64,000 nucleotides of DNA from an uncultured Candidatus Saccharibacteria bacterium (GCA_964409035.1 CAYPBQ010000003.1:41530-105529), one strand, 5' to 3'. Shown: positions 1 to 12,175, numbered from the stretch's first letter. Program-made: numbers and translations. The notes: generated by a model from the sequence alone, not told the origin.

Positions 1-2941
1 TTCACTCGTTAGATCAATGATTAAGGCGAAGATTCGTCCAGAGTGGATGTTTCTTACTACACTTCCTGTTATGCCACCGGGACTACGTCCTATGGTTCCA
101 CTTGAAGGTGGGCGCCACGCAACAAGCGATGTCAACGACCTCTATCGAAGAGTTATAAATAGAAATAACCGCTTGCGTAAACTAATTGATATTCATGCGC
201 CTGAGGTTATTCTTCGAAACGAAAAGCGTATTCTTCAAGAGGCAGTAGACGCTCTACTCGATAACTCTATCCGCCACGGCTCACAGCAAGCTGCGGCAAA
301 TACCGCACAGCGACGTCCACTCAAATCACTTTCAGACTACCTACGTGGAAAGCAGGGATACTTCAGACAAAACCTTCTTGGTAAGCGTGTTGACTATTCT
401 GGCCGATCAGTAATTGTGGTAGGTCCAGAGCTACGACTTGATGAGTGCGGTTTGCCAAAGCACATGGCACTTGAGTTGTTCCGACCATTCATTATTGCAG
501 AGCTACTCAAGCGAGAGCTTGCGTACAATATCCGTGGAGCAGGGCGCCTTATTGAAGAGGGCGAGCCTGAGGTATGGGCTATTCTTGAAAATGTGATCAA
601 GGATAAACACGTACTCCTTAACCGTGCTCCAACACTTCACCGACAAAGTATTCAGGCATTCCGACCAATCCTTATTGAAGGAAATGCTATTCGACTTCAC
701 CCACAGGTATGTCCTGCCTTTAACGCAGACTTCGATGGTGACCAGATGGCGGTACACGTACCACTCTCTGAAGAAGCTCAATGGGAAGCAGCAAACATTA
801 TTTCTGCTCGAAAGAACATTCTAAAGCCAGGATCAGGAGCACCAGTTATCGCGCTCGATAAAGACATCGTTCTTGGTTCTTACTGGATGACCAAAGATGT
901 TAATGGCGAAAAGGGAGAAGGAAAATATTTCTCAAGCCCAAATGAAGCTATTAGCGCATATGACTACGACATTGTTGGATTCAGGGCAAAAATAAAAGTG
1001 CTTCCAACTGATTCTCCAAAGTACAGCGCGTATGAAGGAAAACTTTTTGAGACTACCGTAGGAAGACTTCTCTTTAACAGTGTACTTCCAAAAGATTTCC
1101 CATATGTAAATGAGGAGATGAAGAAGGGAATGCTACCTAAGCTTACCGACAAGCTGATTGAGAAGTACGGACTTGATAAGATTCCAGAAATTATTGATAA
1201 AATTAAGGCATTCGGCTTTTACTACGCTACAAAGTCAGGTATCACCTTCAGCGTTGATGACCTTGTAGTACCAAAGGAAAAGGAGGGTATTATCAATGAA
1301 GGCTTTGAAAAGCAACGCCTCATCATGAGCCAGTTTAATGAAGGATTGCTCTCTCGCGAAGAAAGAAAGCGTCTCTCAATTGAAATTTGGCAACACGCAA
1401 AGGGAGAAATCGAAAAGCACATGCCAGGAGCACTCGATCCAAATGGATCAGTACATGATCTTGTAGTCTCTGGTGCCCGCGGTTCTATGGGACAGATTAC
1501 ACAGATGGCAGGTATGAAGGGACTCATGCAATCAACAAGCGGTGAGATTATTGAGTTCCCAGTTATTGCCTCAATGAAAGAGGGACTTTCACCTATTGAA
1601 TACTTCACCACTACACACGGAGCACGAAAGGGTCTAGCTGATACCGCCCTCAAGACTGCAGCAGCTGGATACCTTACCCGAAAACTCTTCGATGTTGCAC
1701 AAAATGCAATTGTCTCGGAAGTGGATTGCGGAGTAAAAACTGGAGTTCGCATCTCAAAGAAAGGAGCATCAGGAATTGAAATTGCACTTGCAAAGAGTAT
1801 TTCTGGTAGATTCCTTGCGACTGACCTTACCCTTGCGGATGGTACTACTTACAAGCGTGGTCACTTAGTAACTACAGTTGATGCAGCCAAGATTGAGGAA
1901 TCAGGAATTTCTGAAGTAACCGTTCGATCACCGATGAGCTGCAAAACACTCTATGGTGTTTGCCAGCACTGTTACGGTATTGATCTAACTACACAGGAGC
2001 TTATTGATCTTGGCGAAGCAGTGGGCACAGTTGCGGCGCAAGCTATTGGTGAGCCGGGTACACAGCTTACTATGCGTACATTCCACACAGGAGGAGTATC
2101 AAGTGTCGGTGGAGACATCACGCAAGGTCTTCCTCGTGTAGAAGAAGTGTTTGAACGCCGCGCTCCAAAAAATCCTGCTACCGTATCTAAGACAGCGGGT
2201 GTAGTTACAGAAATAAAAGATGAGGGTGGAGAACGAGTAATCGTAGTCACACCTGAAGTTGGTGATAAACACGCGCCAAAGAACAAAAAACCTATTGAGT
2301 ACGGAGTACACTTTAGGCGTATGATTTTGGTTAAAGTTGGAGATGAGGTAAAGAAGGGTCAACTCATAACTGACGGTTCTGCAGATATATCTGAGCTGTA
2401 CAAGTATGGAGGAAAAGAGCTTGCACAAGAATATATCATTCAAGAAACTACAAAAATTTACGAGCTACAAGGTGTGTTTATTTCAAGGAAGCACATTGAG
2501 GTGGTGGTAAAGCAGATGTTCTCACGCGTAAAGGTAAAAGACGCTGGTGATGTTGCGCTTAACGTAGGAGACATTGTTGAGGATTGGGAAATTGAAGTAC
2601 TTAATGCAGAAGCTGAAAAGGCGGGACTCATTTCGGCAACGTATGAACCTCTCGTACTAGGTATCACTGAAGTCTCCCTCACAAGAAAGAGCTTCCTTTC
2701 AGCTGCGTCATTCCAACACACACCACGTATTCTCATCAATGCTGCGGTAAGAGGATCACAGGATGATCTAAAGGGTCTTAAGGAGAATGTCATCATAGGA
2801 CGACTTATTCCTGCGGGTACTGGATTTGCTGGTAGCAAGAAGCAGGGTGCAATTAAATCACTACAGGCACGACTAGACTCAACTGATGTGTTCGATGAAA
2901 ATGTTGAAGTGACTCATTCGGTAAAAGAAATAACCGAATAA
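1..2941 (+). CDS. rpoC: DNA-directed RNA polymerase beta' subunit (5'-truncated by window edge)
   Basis: NADFDGDQM catalytic motif, [25 protein letters not shown]; frame is open back to the window start. Confidence 0.99.
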   Translation, partial: SLVRSMIKAKIRPEWMFLTTLPVMPPGLRPMVPLEGGRHATSDVNDLYRRVINRNNRLRKLIDIHAPEVILRNEKRILQEAVDALLDNSIRHGSQQAAANTAQRRPLKSLSDYLRGKQGYFRQNLLGKRVDYSGRSVIVVGPELRLDECGLPKHMALELFRPFIIAELLKRELAYNIRGAGRLIEEGEPEVWAILENVIKDKHVLLNRAPTLHRQSIQAFRPILIEGNAIRLHPQVCPAFNADFDGDQMAVHVPLSEEAQWEAANIISARKNILKPGSGAPVIALDKDIVLGSYWMTKDVNGEKGEGKYFSSPNEAISAYDYDIVGFRAKIKVLPTDSPKYSAYEGKLFETTVGRLLFNSVLPKDFPYVNEEMKKGMLPKLTDKLIEKYGLDKIPEIIDKIKAFGFYYATKSGITFSVDDLVVPKEKEGIINEGFEKQRLIMSQFNEGLLSREERKRLSIEIWQHAKGEIEKHMPGALDPNGSVHDLVVSGARGSMGQITQMAGMKGLMQSTSGEIIEFPVIASMKEGLSPIEYFTTTHGARKGLADTALKTAAAGYLTRKLFDVAQNAIVSEVDCGVKTGVRISKKGASGIEIALAKSISGRFLATDLTLADGTTYKRGHLVTTVDAAKIEESGISEVTVRSPMSCKTLYGVCQHCYGIDLTTQELIDLGEAVGTVAAQAIGEPGTQLTMRTFHTGGVSSVGGDITQGLPRVEEVFERRAPKNPATVSKTAGVVTEIKDEGGERVIVVTPEVGDKHAPKNKKPIEYGVHFRRMILVKVGDEVKKGQLITDGSADISELYKYGGKELAQEYIIQETTKIYELQGVFISRKHIEVVVKQMFSRVKVKDAGDVALNVGDIVEDWEIEVLNAEAEKAGLISATYEPLVLGITEVSLTRKSFLSAASFQHTPRILINAAVRGSQDDLKGLKENVIIGRLIPAGTGFAGSKKQGAIKSLQARLDSTDVFDENVEVTHSVKEITE

Positions 2942-2992
2942 TGTATCGCTCGCATCGCCTTATAACGTATACCCATCTTTTGGGTGATCAAT

Positions 2993-4747
2993 ATGTCGCT
3001 TGATGCCGTACAGCAAATAAAAGACAGAGTAGACATAGTCGAACTTATTGGTTCGTATGTACGGCTTACAAAGGCAGGAAGGTCATACAAGGGATTGTCT
3101 CCTTTTAAAAAGGAAAAAACACCCTCGTTCTACGTATCTCCGGATAAGGGTATGTACTACTGTTTCTCTACCAACAAAGGTGGTGACATATTTACCTTTG
3201 TTGAAGAGATGGAGAGGGTGGATTTTCAAGGAGCACTTAGGTTACTCGCTGAAAGAGCAGGTATCACTCTAACAAATGAGCTTAAGGAGGATAAAAACTC
3301 ACGTGAGAGACTCTTTGCAATACTTGAGCGAGCTGCAAATCTTTATGCTAAGGAACTTGCGACAAATACCGAAGCTCTTGAGTACATACAAAAGCGTGGT
3401 TGTACCCCTGACACAATTAAAACGTGGGGTATTGGTTACGCTCCTGAACCAAAAAAGAAAGGGTGGACATTTATCTTTGACGCTCTTTGTAAAGAGGGTT
3501 TTGAACCACATGAAATTGAGCGTGTTGGGCTGATAAAGAGAAAGGATGATACTGCAACTGGCACCCCATATGACAGATTCAGATCAAGAATAATGTTTCC
3601 TCTTAAGGATGTGTCTGGTCGGGTTGTGGGATTCTCAGGAAGACTTTTTCCAGATGACAAAAGTGGACTCTCACCCAAGTATCTAAATAGCCCAGAAACA
3701 CCTCTATATCACAAGTCCTCGTTACTGTATGGCATAGATAAGGCAAAACAGGCAATGCGTAAACATGACTTTGCTATTTTGGTAGAAGGACAAATGGACC
3801 TTGTCTTGTCGCATCAAAGTGGATACGCAACCACCGTTGCGGTATCGGGTACAGGACTTACCAATGAGCATATGGATATAGTAAGTAGAATGACAAAAAA
3901 GGTGGTACTCGCGTTTGATGCAGATAGTGCAGGTATTGCCTCCACTCACAAAGCCGGTATTCTTGCGCTTAAAAGGGGTATGGAGGTTAAAGTTGCCGTA
4001 CTACCAATGGGAGTAGATCCCGCGGATATGATACGAGAGAATGCTGAGGATTGGAAAAGTGCTATCAGAGAAGCGTTGCCCCTTATAACTGTTGCAATGC
4101 AAAACGCAAAAGTAGGAGCAAAAAATGAACAAGCACTAGTGCGCAATTTACGAGAACAAGTGCTTCCCCTTATTGCAGCAATGCCAAATAGTATGGACAG
4201 ATCACTTTTGGCGAGAGAAGTATCTGAGTTTGCTCGTCTTCATAATGATACAGTGTACGAAGAGGTTGAAAAAATCCGTCAACAAAAATCGTTTGGTGAT
4301 CAAGATATTGATGTGGTGCGTGGTGTGGAATTAGAGAGCGGTGCGCAGATTATGACAAGACGTGCCGGTCTTGAAAGGGTGGTGGCGGGGTTTATGATTC
4401 GCGCGCAGGTAGATAAAGAGGTGCAGTACGACTCATTAACTGCAGATGTAGCGTTAGCATTAAGAGGTACATCGGTGCAAGAATTACTTAGTAGGTATAG
4501 TGATGATAGAGCACTACCATTTGAGATAGAAATGATGCTTGAAGGATCGATGCATAAAGTGGCGCTTGTCAAAGATGCGGTATATGATTTACGATTAGTA
4601 ACAATTAAGGATACATTTTTTGATGTATCAAAGGCATTACGCCTCGCAGAGGAAGAAGGGGATCAAGAAAAGCAAGTAACATTACTATCAACGCTACATC
4701 AACTAACAAAGGAGCTTACTGAGTTACAAGCTGTTACTCGTAAGTAA
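2993..4747 (+). CDS. dnaG: DNA primase
   Basis: Degenerate N-terminal CHC2-type domain (SPFKKEKTPSF), DRFRSRIMFP, KYLNSPET, TOPRIM VEGQMD and AFDADSAG; ATG 2993 preferred to GTG 2984. Confidence 0.97.
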   Translation: MSLDAVQQIKDRVDIVELIGSYVRLTKAGRSYKGLSPFKKEKTPSFYVSPDKGMYYCFSTNKGGDIFTFVEEMERVDFQGALRLLAERAGITLTNELKEDKNSRERLFAILERAANLYAKELATNTEALEYIQKRGCTPDTIKTWGIGYAPEPKKKGWTFIFDALCKEGFEPHEIERVGLIKRKDDTATGTPYDRFRSRIMFPLKDVSGRVVGFSGRLFPDDKSGLSPKYLNSPETPLYHKSSLLYGIDKAKQAMRKHDFAILVEGQMDLVLSHQSGYATTVAVSGTGLTNEHMDIVSRMTKKVVLAFDADSAGIASTHKAGILALKRGMEVKVAVLPMGVDPADMIRENAEDWKSAIREALPLITVAMQNAKVGAKNEQALVRNLREQVLPLIAAMPNSMDRSLLAREVSEFARLHNDTVYEEVEKIRQQKSFGDQDIDVVRGVELESGAQIMTRRAGLERVVAGFMIRAQVDKEVQYDSLTADVALALRGTSVQELLSRYSDDRALPFEIEMMLEGSMHKVALVKDAVYDLRLVTIKDTFFDVSKALRLAEEEGDQEKQVTLLSTLHQLTKELTELQAVTRK

Positions 4748-4756
4748 TAACATTTT

Positions 4757-6061
4757 ATGATACAAAAACGACCAGCAAAAAAGGTGGCAAAGAAGGTAAA
4801 GAAGTTACCTAAAAAACCATCAGCAAAAAAAGCAGCACCACAGAAAAAGGTGATAAAAAAAGCTGCAAAGAAGCCTACCTCGGTAAAGCCTATCGCAAAG
4901 CCAGCCGTAAGAACAAAAGGACTCCAGAAGCGTGAGCTTCAGCAGATTGTAGTGCCAAAGAAAAAGGGCGCACCATCAAAAAGTGAGGCAGAAATGGAGG
5001 CTAAGGCTCAAAAGTTGGTAGAGAAGGGAAATGAGCGTGGGTACGTTACTTTCGATCAGATTTTGCAAGTATTTCCACGCATAGAGGAGGATGTGGTATT
5101 TCTTGAAACGTTATATGAAAAATTCAGCACTTCTGGTATTGATGTGCTTGAGGGTGGAAATATTCTTGATGACTCAGTCTCCGATGATCTTCTTGATAAG
5201 AAAAATACATACAAGGGTGGAAGTGATTCATCGTATGACTCGATACAAATGTATTTGAGAGAGATCGGACAATACCCCCTTCTTAACGTCTCAGAAGAGC
5301 GTGAGCTTGCAAAACGAGTAATGGACGGTGATATTGATGCTAAGAACCTTCTCGCAAGAGCAAACCTTCGACTCGTGGTATCTATCGCAAAAAAATATAT
5401 TGGACGATCTGCTGATCTTACTCTTCTTGATTTAATTCAGGAAGGTAACCTTGGTCTCTTTAAGGCGGTAGATAAATTTGACTATACAAAAGGGTACAAG
5501 TTTTCTACGTATGCCACATGGTGGATTAGGCAGGCTATTACGCGCGCCCTTGCAGATCAGTCACGTACTATTCGTATACCTGTTCACATGGTAGAAACGA
5601 TTGCTAAGTATAAGCAGGTCTTTAGACGTCTTTCTCAGGACCTTGGACGTGACCCCATGCCAGAGGAGATTGCTGATGAGATGGGTCTTGAAGTAGAGAA
5701 AATACACACTATTGAAAAAATAGACCAGACTACCGTATCACTTGAGTCACCAGTGGGAGATGAGTCAGACGATAGATCAGTGCTCGGTGATTTTATTGCT
5801 GATGACAAGATACAATCTCCTGATCAAGAGACTGCGCATAATATACTTGCTGAGCAGATTCGAACTATTCTTGACGATCTTTCTCCAAAAGAGAGAAAAA
5901 TTCTTGAAATGCGTCATGGACTTGAGGACGGTATTTATCATACTCTTGAAGAGGTGGGTAAGGAGTTTGGTGTTACCCGTGAACGTATTAGACAGATTGA
6001 GGCAAAGGCAATTGAAAAGATTCGTGCTCATGATGGATCAAAGCAGTTAAGGAGCTACTAA
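4757..6061 (+). CDS. rpoD: Primary sigma-70 factor with Lys/Ala-rich N-terminal extension
   Basis: [60 protein letters not shown]. Confidence 0.98.
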   Translation: MIQKRPAKKVAKKVKKLPKKPSAKKAAPQKKVIKKAAKKPTSVKPIAKPAVRTKGLQKRELQQIVVPKKKGAPSKSEAEMEAKAQKLVEKGNERGYVTFDQILQVFPRIEEDVVFLETLYEKFSTSGIDVLEGGNILDDSVSDDLLDKKNTYKGGSDSSYDSIQMYLREIGQYPLLNVSEERELAKRVMDGDIDAKNLLARANLRLVVSIAKKYIGRSADLTLLDLIQEGNLGLFKAVDKFDYTKGYKFSTYATWWIRQAITRALADQSRTIRIPVHMVETIAKYKQVFRRLSQDLGRDPMPEEIADEMGLEVEKIHTIEKIDQTTVSLESPVGDESDDRSVLGDFIADDKIQSPDQETAHNILAEQIRTILDDLSPKERKILEMRHGLEDGIYHTLEEVGKEFGVTRERIRQIEAKAIEKIRAHDGSKQLRSY

Positions 6062-6078
6062 TTAATCTATAGGCAATA

Positions 6079-6107
6079 CAAAAGGGGGCGCATAGCGCCC
6101 CCTTTTG
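6079..6107. terminator. Bidirectional intrinsic terminator between convergent rpoD and GNAT genes
   Basis: CAAAAGGGGGCGC-ATA-GCGCCCCCTTTTG perfect hairpin. Confidence 0.85.
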
Positions 6108-6113
6108 CGTCCA

Positions 6114-6692
6114 CTATTCTGGACGCATGCACACCATCATAATCTCATCGTCATATTTTCCTGGAGATAGATAAAGCCAATTGGCTATTCTTCCTATCTC
6201 TACAAATCCACACCTTTCGTATACCTTCCTTGCAGCGATATTGTTTCCATAGAGACATAATTCAACTCCACGCAAATCAAGAGTATTGAACGCGTAGGTA
6301 AGAATCAGTGACGTTGCTTCGGTTCCATACCCCTTTCCCCAAGAGTTTCTATCTCCAATAGTAAGTCCAAAACTTGCGGTACGGTCTCTTTGCGTGTTGT
6401 TCCATCCGAGTCCTGTTGTCCCAATAAGTGTGGTTCCACCTTTTGGAACTATTCCAAGTGTAAGACCATTTTTCCTTTCTGCCATAGACTCTATCCATCT
6501 TTCCTCCGCCCCAATATGGAGGGGCAAGTATCGTAGTAGATATCGTGTTACTGCAGAATCATTCATGTATGTGGCGAGGGTTCGTGCATCACCTTTTTCT
6601 ATGATAACAAGGTCTATTTTAGACCCAGTAATCAAAACAATACGAGACTCTTCACGAGTGGCGCTGGCGGTTGTCATGTCAAAGAACTCCAC
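6114..6692 (-). CDS. GNAT family N-acetyltransferase (RimJ/RimL-like)
   Basis: WGKGYGTEA acetyl-CoA motif, NIAARKVYERCGF. Confidence 0.9.
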   Translation of the reverse strand: MEFFDMTTASATREESRIVLITGSKIDLVIIEKGDARTLATYMNDSAVTRYLLRYLPLHIGAEERWIESMAERKNGLTLGIVPKGGTTLIGTTGLGWNNTQRDRTASFGLTIGDRNSWGKGYGTEATSLILTYAFNTLDLRGVELCLYGNNIAARKVYERCGFVEIGRIANWLYLSPGKYDDEIMMVCMRPE

Positions 6693-6917
6693 ATTAGCTG
6701 AACAGGCATTTGTTCAGCTTTAGAGATTCAATACTTGTTATAGATAGGAGAGAGATTGAATAGCCACAGCCAAACAAAGCGATAATAGGGTAGTAGGGAG
6801 CATTCCTGAACAATAGGAAACTCGCGCCCACATAATCGCGTCTACTTTTTTATGCTGTTGTGGATATATTCGATCCATGTGTTACATCTACAATACTTTA
6901 AAATACTTGTCAATAAA

Positions 6918-6947
6918 ACAAAACATCCGCGCAAGCGGATGTTTTGT
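6918..6947. terminator. Intrinsic terminator downstream of the antiporter gene
   Basis: ACAAAACATCCGC-GCAA-GCGGATGTTTTGT hairpin with GNRA loop. Confidence 0.8.
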
Positions 6948-6967
6948 AGGGCCACGATACTCTTTTC

Positions 6968-9073
6968 CTACCCTCTATTTGCATTGGCATCTTCTTGCTC
7001 AAGATCGTTTTTGATTGTTATCACTAGTTTTGGGGTGATAAGCTCCTTGCTAGATAGTTCCTCAAGAATATGCTCTTCTACTTTTGCAATACCTTTTTTC
7101 GCAAGGGTAGTGTTGAGTGCGTGAATAATGTTTGGGTGTTCTTTCTCAAGATTCTTCATTTTATCTTTCGCGCCATCCTTAAAGGTCTCGTATATCTTCT
7201 TTACCTCATTGAGTGATGTGAGTGATAGAAGCATTTCCGACTCTTTGTCATCTGTAAGTGTATCTAGCTCTTTCAAAACCTTGCGGGAGATAATAGTCTG
7301 CGCGCGGTAATACATATACTGCTCTTCAATTGCTAGCTCGCGTGATCGCCACGGCACAAAGAATCTAAGAAATACATCGGATATTATTTCAAAGATATCC
7401 ATCTTATCCTTGTACTTAGAAAGGTCATCAAGTGGTAGGTTCTTTTCAATGGCTTCAAATTGCAACGTTAATTTTCCTGCGATGCGCTTGTATACTGGTT
7501 CAGTTATTTCATCATAGGCAAAGAGGTCTTTCAGATACTTTCGTTCAATTCCAATGGCATGTAGGCGGAGTGTCCTGTCCATGATTGCGTGGTCGTTTTT
7601 GTCAGTATTTGAACAATCAGTAGAGTACTTAGCAAAGTCTTTTTTGTGCGCTGTATTGAGTGTGGTGTACGTAGTTGCGTCAATGTAGCCCTTCGCGTGA
7701 AAGGTATCAAGGCGGGCAAGTACTGTTCGGTGTATGAGTGCTCGCGCCTGTGCGTACTCTAGTTTTTCAAGTGTGGTGAGCGCATCAAGTCCAAGTTTTT
7801 TAATAAAGTAGTTGATGGTGGTCGCCTTGATAAAGAGAGTGGCAAATATGCAACCAACAGTTAGCGCAAGAAGAAATTCTTGTACTGAGTAGGGAAGCGC
7901 CCATCCCGGAACGGTAAAGTCAGAGGGGATAAGCAGCACCATGGTGATAGCAAGTGCCCCACGTAGTGATCCCCACGAGAGAAGGTGTTGCCACGAGCGA
8001 GGTACTTTTTTCTCTTCCTTGGCAAATGCATTATACGCCTCAGCAACAGGGTAAATAGAGAGTGCGCGGGCAAATGCTACTACCAAAATAGTGATACCGA
8101 TTGGAACAATAAGTGACGGCACACTAGAAGGAAGCTCAACAAAAATAAGACCTATGAGGATAAATACAAGCGAGTTTGCGATGAAAGCAAAAATACCCCA
8201 AAACTTTTCAACAAACTCTTCTGCGTGAGGTGATATTTTAGACCTGCCGTAGTTACCCATAACAAGTGACGCCACCGTTGTAGCGATTATTGATGAAATG
8301 ATGAGATGAAAATCACCAAAATGCGCATAGTGAGAAATAGCTTCAGATGAGATAAAGGTGGTGTGTGCTAGTACTACAGTAAGGACAATAGACACCATCT
8401 CATTTGATTTTGTCATGCTGATGAGGCGTGTAAACACACCTCCCATGAGTAAACCAAATACAATACCCCCAACTATCATTGTTGAGAAAGTGAGTATTCC
8501 ATCACTAATTGAGGACACTCCCTTGTACCCAAACATTGCTATTTCAAGCACTATCAAAAAGAGCGCAACTGATGTTGCGTCATTAAATAGTGATTCGCCT
8601 TCAAAAATAAGTGATAGCCTTCGTGGAGCGCCGTACTCTTTAAAAAGGGCAAGCACCGCGACAGGGTCGGTTGCGCTGATGAGGGCGCCAAAAAGTAGCA
8701 ATATTATAAATGGTACCTCAAGCCCAATAGCTGGAAATATTAATGAGAGTAGAAATGCAATTGCTCCAGCACTAACAACAAGGCTAAGCACCGCAAAAAG
8801 CCAAATGATGGTGTTGTTTTCCATCACTCGTCTAATATTTATATTATACGCGGATTCAAAAATGAGCGTCGGTAGGAAGATGTAAAAAAGTAATTCTGGC
8901 GTGAGCTTAAACTCGGTAAAAAAACCAAAACCAGGGACAAGAGATAGTGCGCCAAGTACCACACCAATAACCACCAAAAAAACTGTATAGGGTACCTGTA
9001 AGCGCTTGGCAATAAGGTAAGAGACACTTGAAAGCGCTAAGAGAAAGAATAATACAAAATAGTATGTCAGCAT
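6968..9073 (-). CDS. CPA1-family Na+/H+ antiporter (NhaP-like)
   Basis: About 13 hydrophobic helices, ISATDPVAV, FEGESLFND, WGSLRGA motifs, soluble C-terminal tail. Confidence 0.93.
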   Translation of the reverse strand: MLTYYFVLFFLLALSSVSYLIAKRLQVPYTVFLVVIGVVLGALSLVPGFGFFTEFKLTPELLFYIFLPTLIFESAYNINIRRVMENNTIIWLFAVLSLVVSAGAIAFLLSLIFPAIGLEVPFIILLLFGALISATDPVAVLALFKEYGAPRRLSLIFEGESLFNDATSVALFLIVLEIAMFGYKGVSSISDGILTFSTMIVGGIVFGLLMGGVFTRLISMTKSNEMVSIVLTVVLAHTTFISSEAISHYAHFGDFHLIISSIIATTVASLVMGNYGRSKISPHAEEFVEKFWGIFAFIANSLVFILIGLIFVELPSSVPSLIVPIGITILVVAFARALSIYPVAEAYNAFAKEEKKVPRSWQHLLSWGSLRGALAITMVLLIPSDFTVPGWALPYSVQEFLLALTVGCIFATLFIKATTINYFIKKLGLDALTTLEKLEYAQARALIHRTVLARLDTFHAKGYIDATTYTTLNTAHKKDFAKYSTDCSNTDKNDHAIMDRTLRLHAIGIERKYLKDLFAYDEITEPVYKRIAGKLTLQFEAIEKNLPLDDLSKYKDKMDIFEIISDVFLRFFVPWRSRELAIEEQYMYYRAQTIISRKVLKELDTLTDDKESEMLLSLTSLNEVKKIYETFKDGAKDKMKNLEKEHPNIIHALNTTLAKKGIAKVEEHILEELSSKELITPKLVITIKNDLEQEDANANRG

Positions 9074-9204
9074 ACTGGTGTTTAATATGGTAATTGCCTA
9101 GTCATTTGCCCAGTTAACTTGTGGGCGCAAACAAAAGCCACTATACTCCTGTTTCGTTGGTGCGACAATGGCAGCTTTCCACCGCTAGGGTATACTGCCT
9201 ATAT

Positions 9205-12117
9205 ATGAAGCAAGATGCCTTTGTGAAAGCGTATTCTGCCCTAAATGAAGCCCAAAAGGAGGCAGTAGATGCTATTGAGGGGCCGGTCATGCTTGTGGCT
9301 GGCCCTGGTACTGGTAAGACTCAGGTACTTGCCCTACGAATAGCAAACATTCTTAAGCAAACAGACACACCCCCAAATGGCATACTATGCCTTACTTTTA
9401 CTGAGTCTGGAGTGTCTGCAATGCGTAGTAGGCTTAGAAGCATCATTGGTGAGGATGCATATAAAGTTGAGCTACATACATTCCACGGATATGCGAATAT
9501 GATTATCGAACGCTTTCCATCATATTTTTCTCACATGGCGGGAAGTAAGGCATTAAGCGACCTTGAACGAGCACTTCTTTGGGAAGATATTTTCCAAACA
9601 CACTCATTTGCCCATTTACGAACATCAAATGACCCCTTTTATTACCTGTATGAAGTTAAGGAGTCAGTAAAGAAGGCGAAGCAAGAAAAAGTTTCTCCAG
9701 ATGAGCTTCAGGATAGATTGGAAAAGTTGCGTGATACATTCTACGCACGTGATGATCTGCTATCAACAAGAGGCAAAACAAAGGGGAAAATGAAATCTGA
9801 GCACTTAAGGTATCAGGAAAAACTAGCACGAAGCATGGAAGTAGTTACTGCATACAGGGCGTATGAGGAGTCGCTTTCACGTATGAAGCGGCATGACTAC
9901 GAGGATATGGTACTTTCAGTCATTGCCGCGTGTGAACAGCATGAAGAACTGCTCCTTATTCTTTCTGAGGCGTCGTTGTATGTACTGGTTGATGAACATC
10001 AGGATACCAATAGGGCACAAAATAGATTGCTAGAGCTTATTACAGGCTTTCATGATGAACCAAATTTGTTTGTTGTCGGAGACGAAAAGCAAGCGATATA
10101 TCGCTTTCAGGGCGCATCAATGGAAAACTTCCATGGTATACATGCCTTTGCTCCTAATGTTCGTGTTATTACCCTCACGCACAACTATCGATCCACACAA
10201 GCAATACTTACTACAGCCCATTCACTTATTGAGGGTGGTGAATATAGTAATCCTCAACATCTAGTAGCAGCGAAAGAAGGTGAGGGTACCATGCCAATGC
10301 TAATCGAATGTGAACGTGCGACCGATGAGCTATCCCTCATCGCGTCCCGAATTGCTGATGACATTGCAAATGGTGTAAGCCCACACGAGATTGCCGTTTT
10401 ATATAGAAAAAATAAGAATGCGCTTGCTATATCGCACGCATTGTCAGCGCAGAATATTCCTCATGTTATTGAGTCTGAACGAAGTATATTTTCTGTCCCA
10501 GCAATTGGATTGCTTCTTTCTTACTTTAAGGGTGTATTGCATGGAGACGAAGAGAGTATAACGCGAGCGCTCGGTAGTCCATGGTTAGCTATTACGCTCC
10601 AAACTTTTTTTGGCCTCATGCGAGAACGTGTTAAGGGTAGGCGATCTGTTCTTTCGGTGATGGATACTCATGCGGACCTTGCCCACATTAAGCAAATGTT
10701 GCTCACACATGCCAGTGTGGCAAGGGTAACACCACTCCTTTATTTTATAGAAACAGTTGCGAGAGAAACAGGATTTCTCTCTTACGCGCTTTCGCGAGAG
10801 GATGTGTACGAGTCGTATCTCGGATTATTTTCGTTTGCACAATCATTAGCGTACGAGAGTCCTGGAGCAACCATAGAAGCTCTGATAGAGAGGCTTGTTG
10901 TCATGGAGCGTCATGGCATAGATATTCATAGGTCATTTATTATTAAGGAAGGCTCGGTCCGCTTGATGACAGCGCACAAATCAAAGGGGCTTGAGTTTGA
11001 GAAGGTTTACATTGCCCACCTAGTTGATAGGGAATGGAGAGGTAGAGCTGATAAAGAGTATTTTATCATGCCGCTATACAAAGATGATGGTGAGCATGAG
11101 GTTATAGAAGACGAACGTCGTCTACTATATGTTGCTATGACAAGAGCAAAGCATACACTTACCCTCACGTACTCAAAAGAGTTACCCGATGGTAAGGAGG
11201 CAGAACAGAGTAGGTTTATTGATGATATTGATGCTTCACTACTTGAAAGATTCTCCGCGCCACCGCAAGAGTATAGTATAGACACTGGACATTTTTCATC
11301 TTCAGAAACTGTCCTAACACTTGGTGAATTAATGCGTGAACATCTTACTACAGATGGACTATCCGTTACTGGCCTTAATCAGTATTTAGATAATCCATGG
11401 CGATTTATATTTTCAACGTTCTTGCGCGTTCCATCTGCTAAGAAGCATCACCTAATGTATGGGTCTGCTATAGACAAAGCATTAGAAAAATTTGTTCTTT
11501 TAGAAAAAAAGCAAAAGCATGAGCTTATAGAGTTGTTTGAAGAAACACTTGAAAAGGAACCGATTGCAGCGAATGAATTTGAACATTATCGCACTCGTGG
11601 CGCACATGCACTTTCAGCGCTATTTGATAGCGCTGCTCATGAGCTCATTTTACCCGGTGAGCCAAAGCGTCGAATCAAGACTCCGCTTAGGGTTGCAGAT
11701 ACTGAGATACTATTAACAGGTGAATTGGATTTGTTGCGTAGAGGACCTGACGGCCTTGTGGTGATTGATTATAAAACAGGTGAGCCAAAGACTAGAAATG
11801 AAATTGAGGGAATAGCTGCAAATAGTGACGGAGGTTACTACAGACAATTAGTATTTTATAAACTTCTTTTAGAAGCTGGGGGTGTTGGTGAAATGAGAAA
11901 GGGCATACTACAATTTGTTGAACCAGATAAAAAAGGAGAGATACACACAGAAGCATTTGTTATCCCTCAAGAAGCGGTGGCAGAGCTTAAAGAGCAAATA
12001 CAAACAGTAGTTAATGAGCTGCTTACGGGAACGTATCTTGATGCTGAATGTGATCCAAAAACATGTGACTACTGTGATTTGGTTGACATGTACAAGGTTA
12101 GGTTTGCGAAAGAGTAA
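9205..12117 (+). CDS. UvrD/PcrA-family helicase fused to C-terminal PD-(D/E)xK nuclease (AdnB/AddA-like)
   Basis: AGPGTGKT Walker A, VLVDEHQDTN, VGDEKQAIYRFQGA, MTAHKSKGLEF, LLYVAMTRAK, then GELDLL..VIDYKTG..QLVFY and CxxxxCxxC; ATG 9205 follows TATACT. Confidence 0.93.
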   Translation: MKQDAFVKAYSALNEAQKEAVDAIEGPVMLVAGPGTGKTQVLALRIANILKQTDTPPNGILCLTFTESGVSAMRSRLRSIIGEDAYKVELHTFHGYANMIIERFPSYFSHMAGSKALSDLERALLWEDIFQTHSFAHLRTSNDPFYYLYEVKESVKKAKQEKVSPDELQDRLEKLRDTFYARDDLLSTRGKTKGKMKSEHLRYQEKLARSMEVVTAYRAYEESLSRMKRHDYEDMVLSVIAACEQHEELLLILSEASLYVLVDEHQDTNRAQNRLLELITGFHDEPNLFVVGDEKQAIYRFQGASMENFHGIHAFAPNVRVITLTHNYRSTQAILTTAHSLIEGGEYSNPQHLVAAKEGEGTMPMLIECERATDELSLIASRIADDIANGVSPHEIAVLYRKNKNALAISHALSAQNIPHVIESERSIFSVPAIGLLLSYFKGVLHGDEESITRALGSPWLAITLQTFFGLMRERVKGRRSVLSVMDTHADLAHIKQMLLTHASVARVTPLLYFIETVARETGFLSYALSREDVYESYLGLFSFAQSLAYESPGATIEALIERLVVMERHGIDIHRSFIIKEGSVRLMTAHKSKGLEFEKVYIAHLVDREWRGRADKEYFIMPLYKDDGEHEVIEDERRLLYVAMTRAKHTLTLTYSKELPDGKEAEQSRFIDDIDASLLERFSAPPQEYSIDTGHFSSSETVLTLGELMREHLTTDGLSVTGLNQYLDNPWRFIFSTFLRVPSAKKHHLMYGSAIDKALEKFVLLEKKQKHELIELFEETLEKEPIAANEFEHYRTRGAHALSALFDSAAHELILPGEPKRRIKTPLRVADTEILLTGELDLLRRGPDGLVVIDYKTGEPKTRNEIEGIAANSDGGYYRQLVFYKLLLEAGGVGEMRKGILQFVEPDKKGEIHTEAFVIPQEAVAELKEQIQTVVNELLTGTYLDAECDPKTCDYCDLVDMYKVRFAKE

Positions 12118-12119
12118 AC

Positions 12120-12156
12120 GTAAAATGGCGCAGACAATTTGTCTGCGCCATTTTAC
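12120..12156. terminator. Bidirectional intrinsic terminator
   Basis: GTAAAATGGCGCAGACAA-T-TTGTCTGCGCCATTTTAC long inverted repeat between convergent genes. Confidence 0.85.
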
Positions 12157-12175
12157 TGCAGGCCCTGATAGGTAA

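Noticed and set aside
394-2838. Many antisense and alternate-frame ORFs inside rpoC (and similarly inside other core genes)
   Set aside because: Shadow ORFs of conserved coding sequence with no independent motifs
4757-4990. Histone-H1-like Lys/Ala repeat as a separate gene or novel domain
   Set aside because: Low-complexity N-terminal extension of RpoD, a known feature of several primary sigma factors
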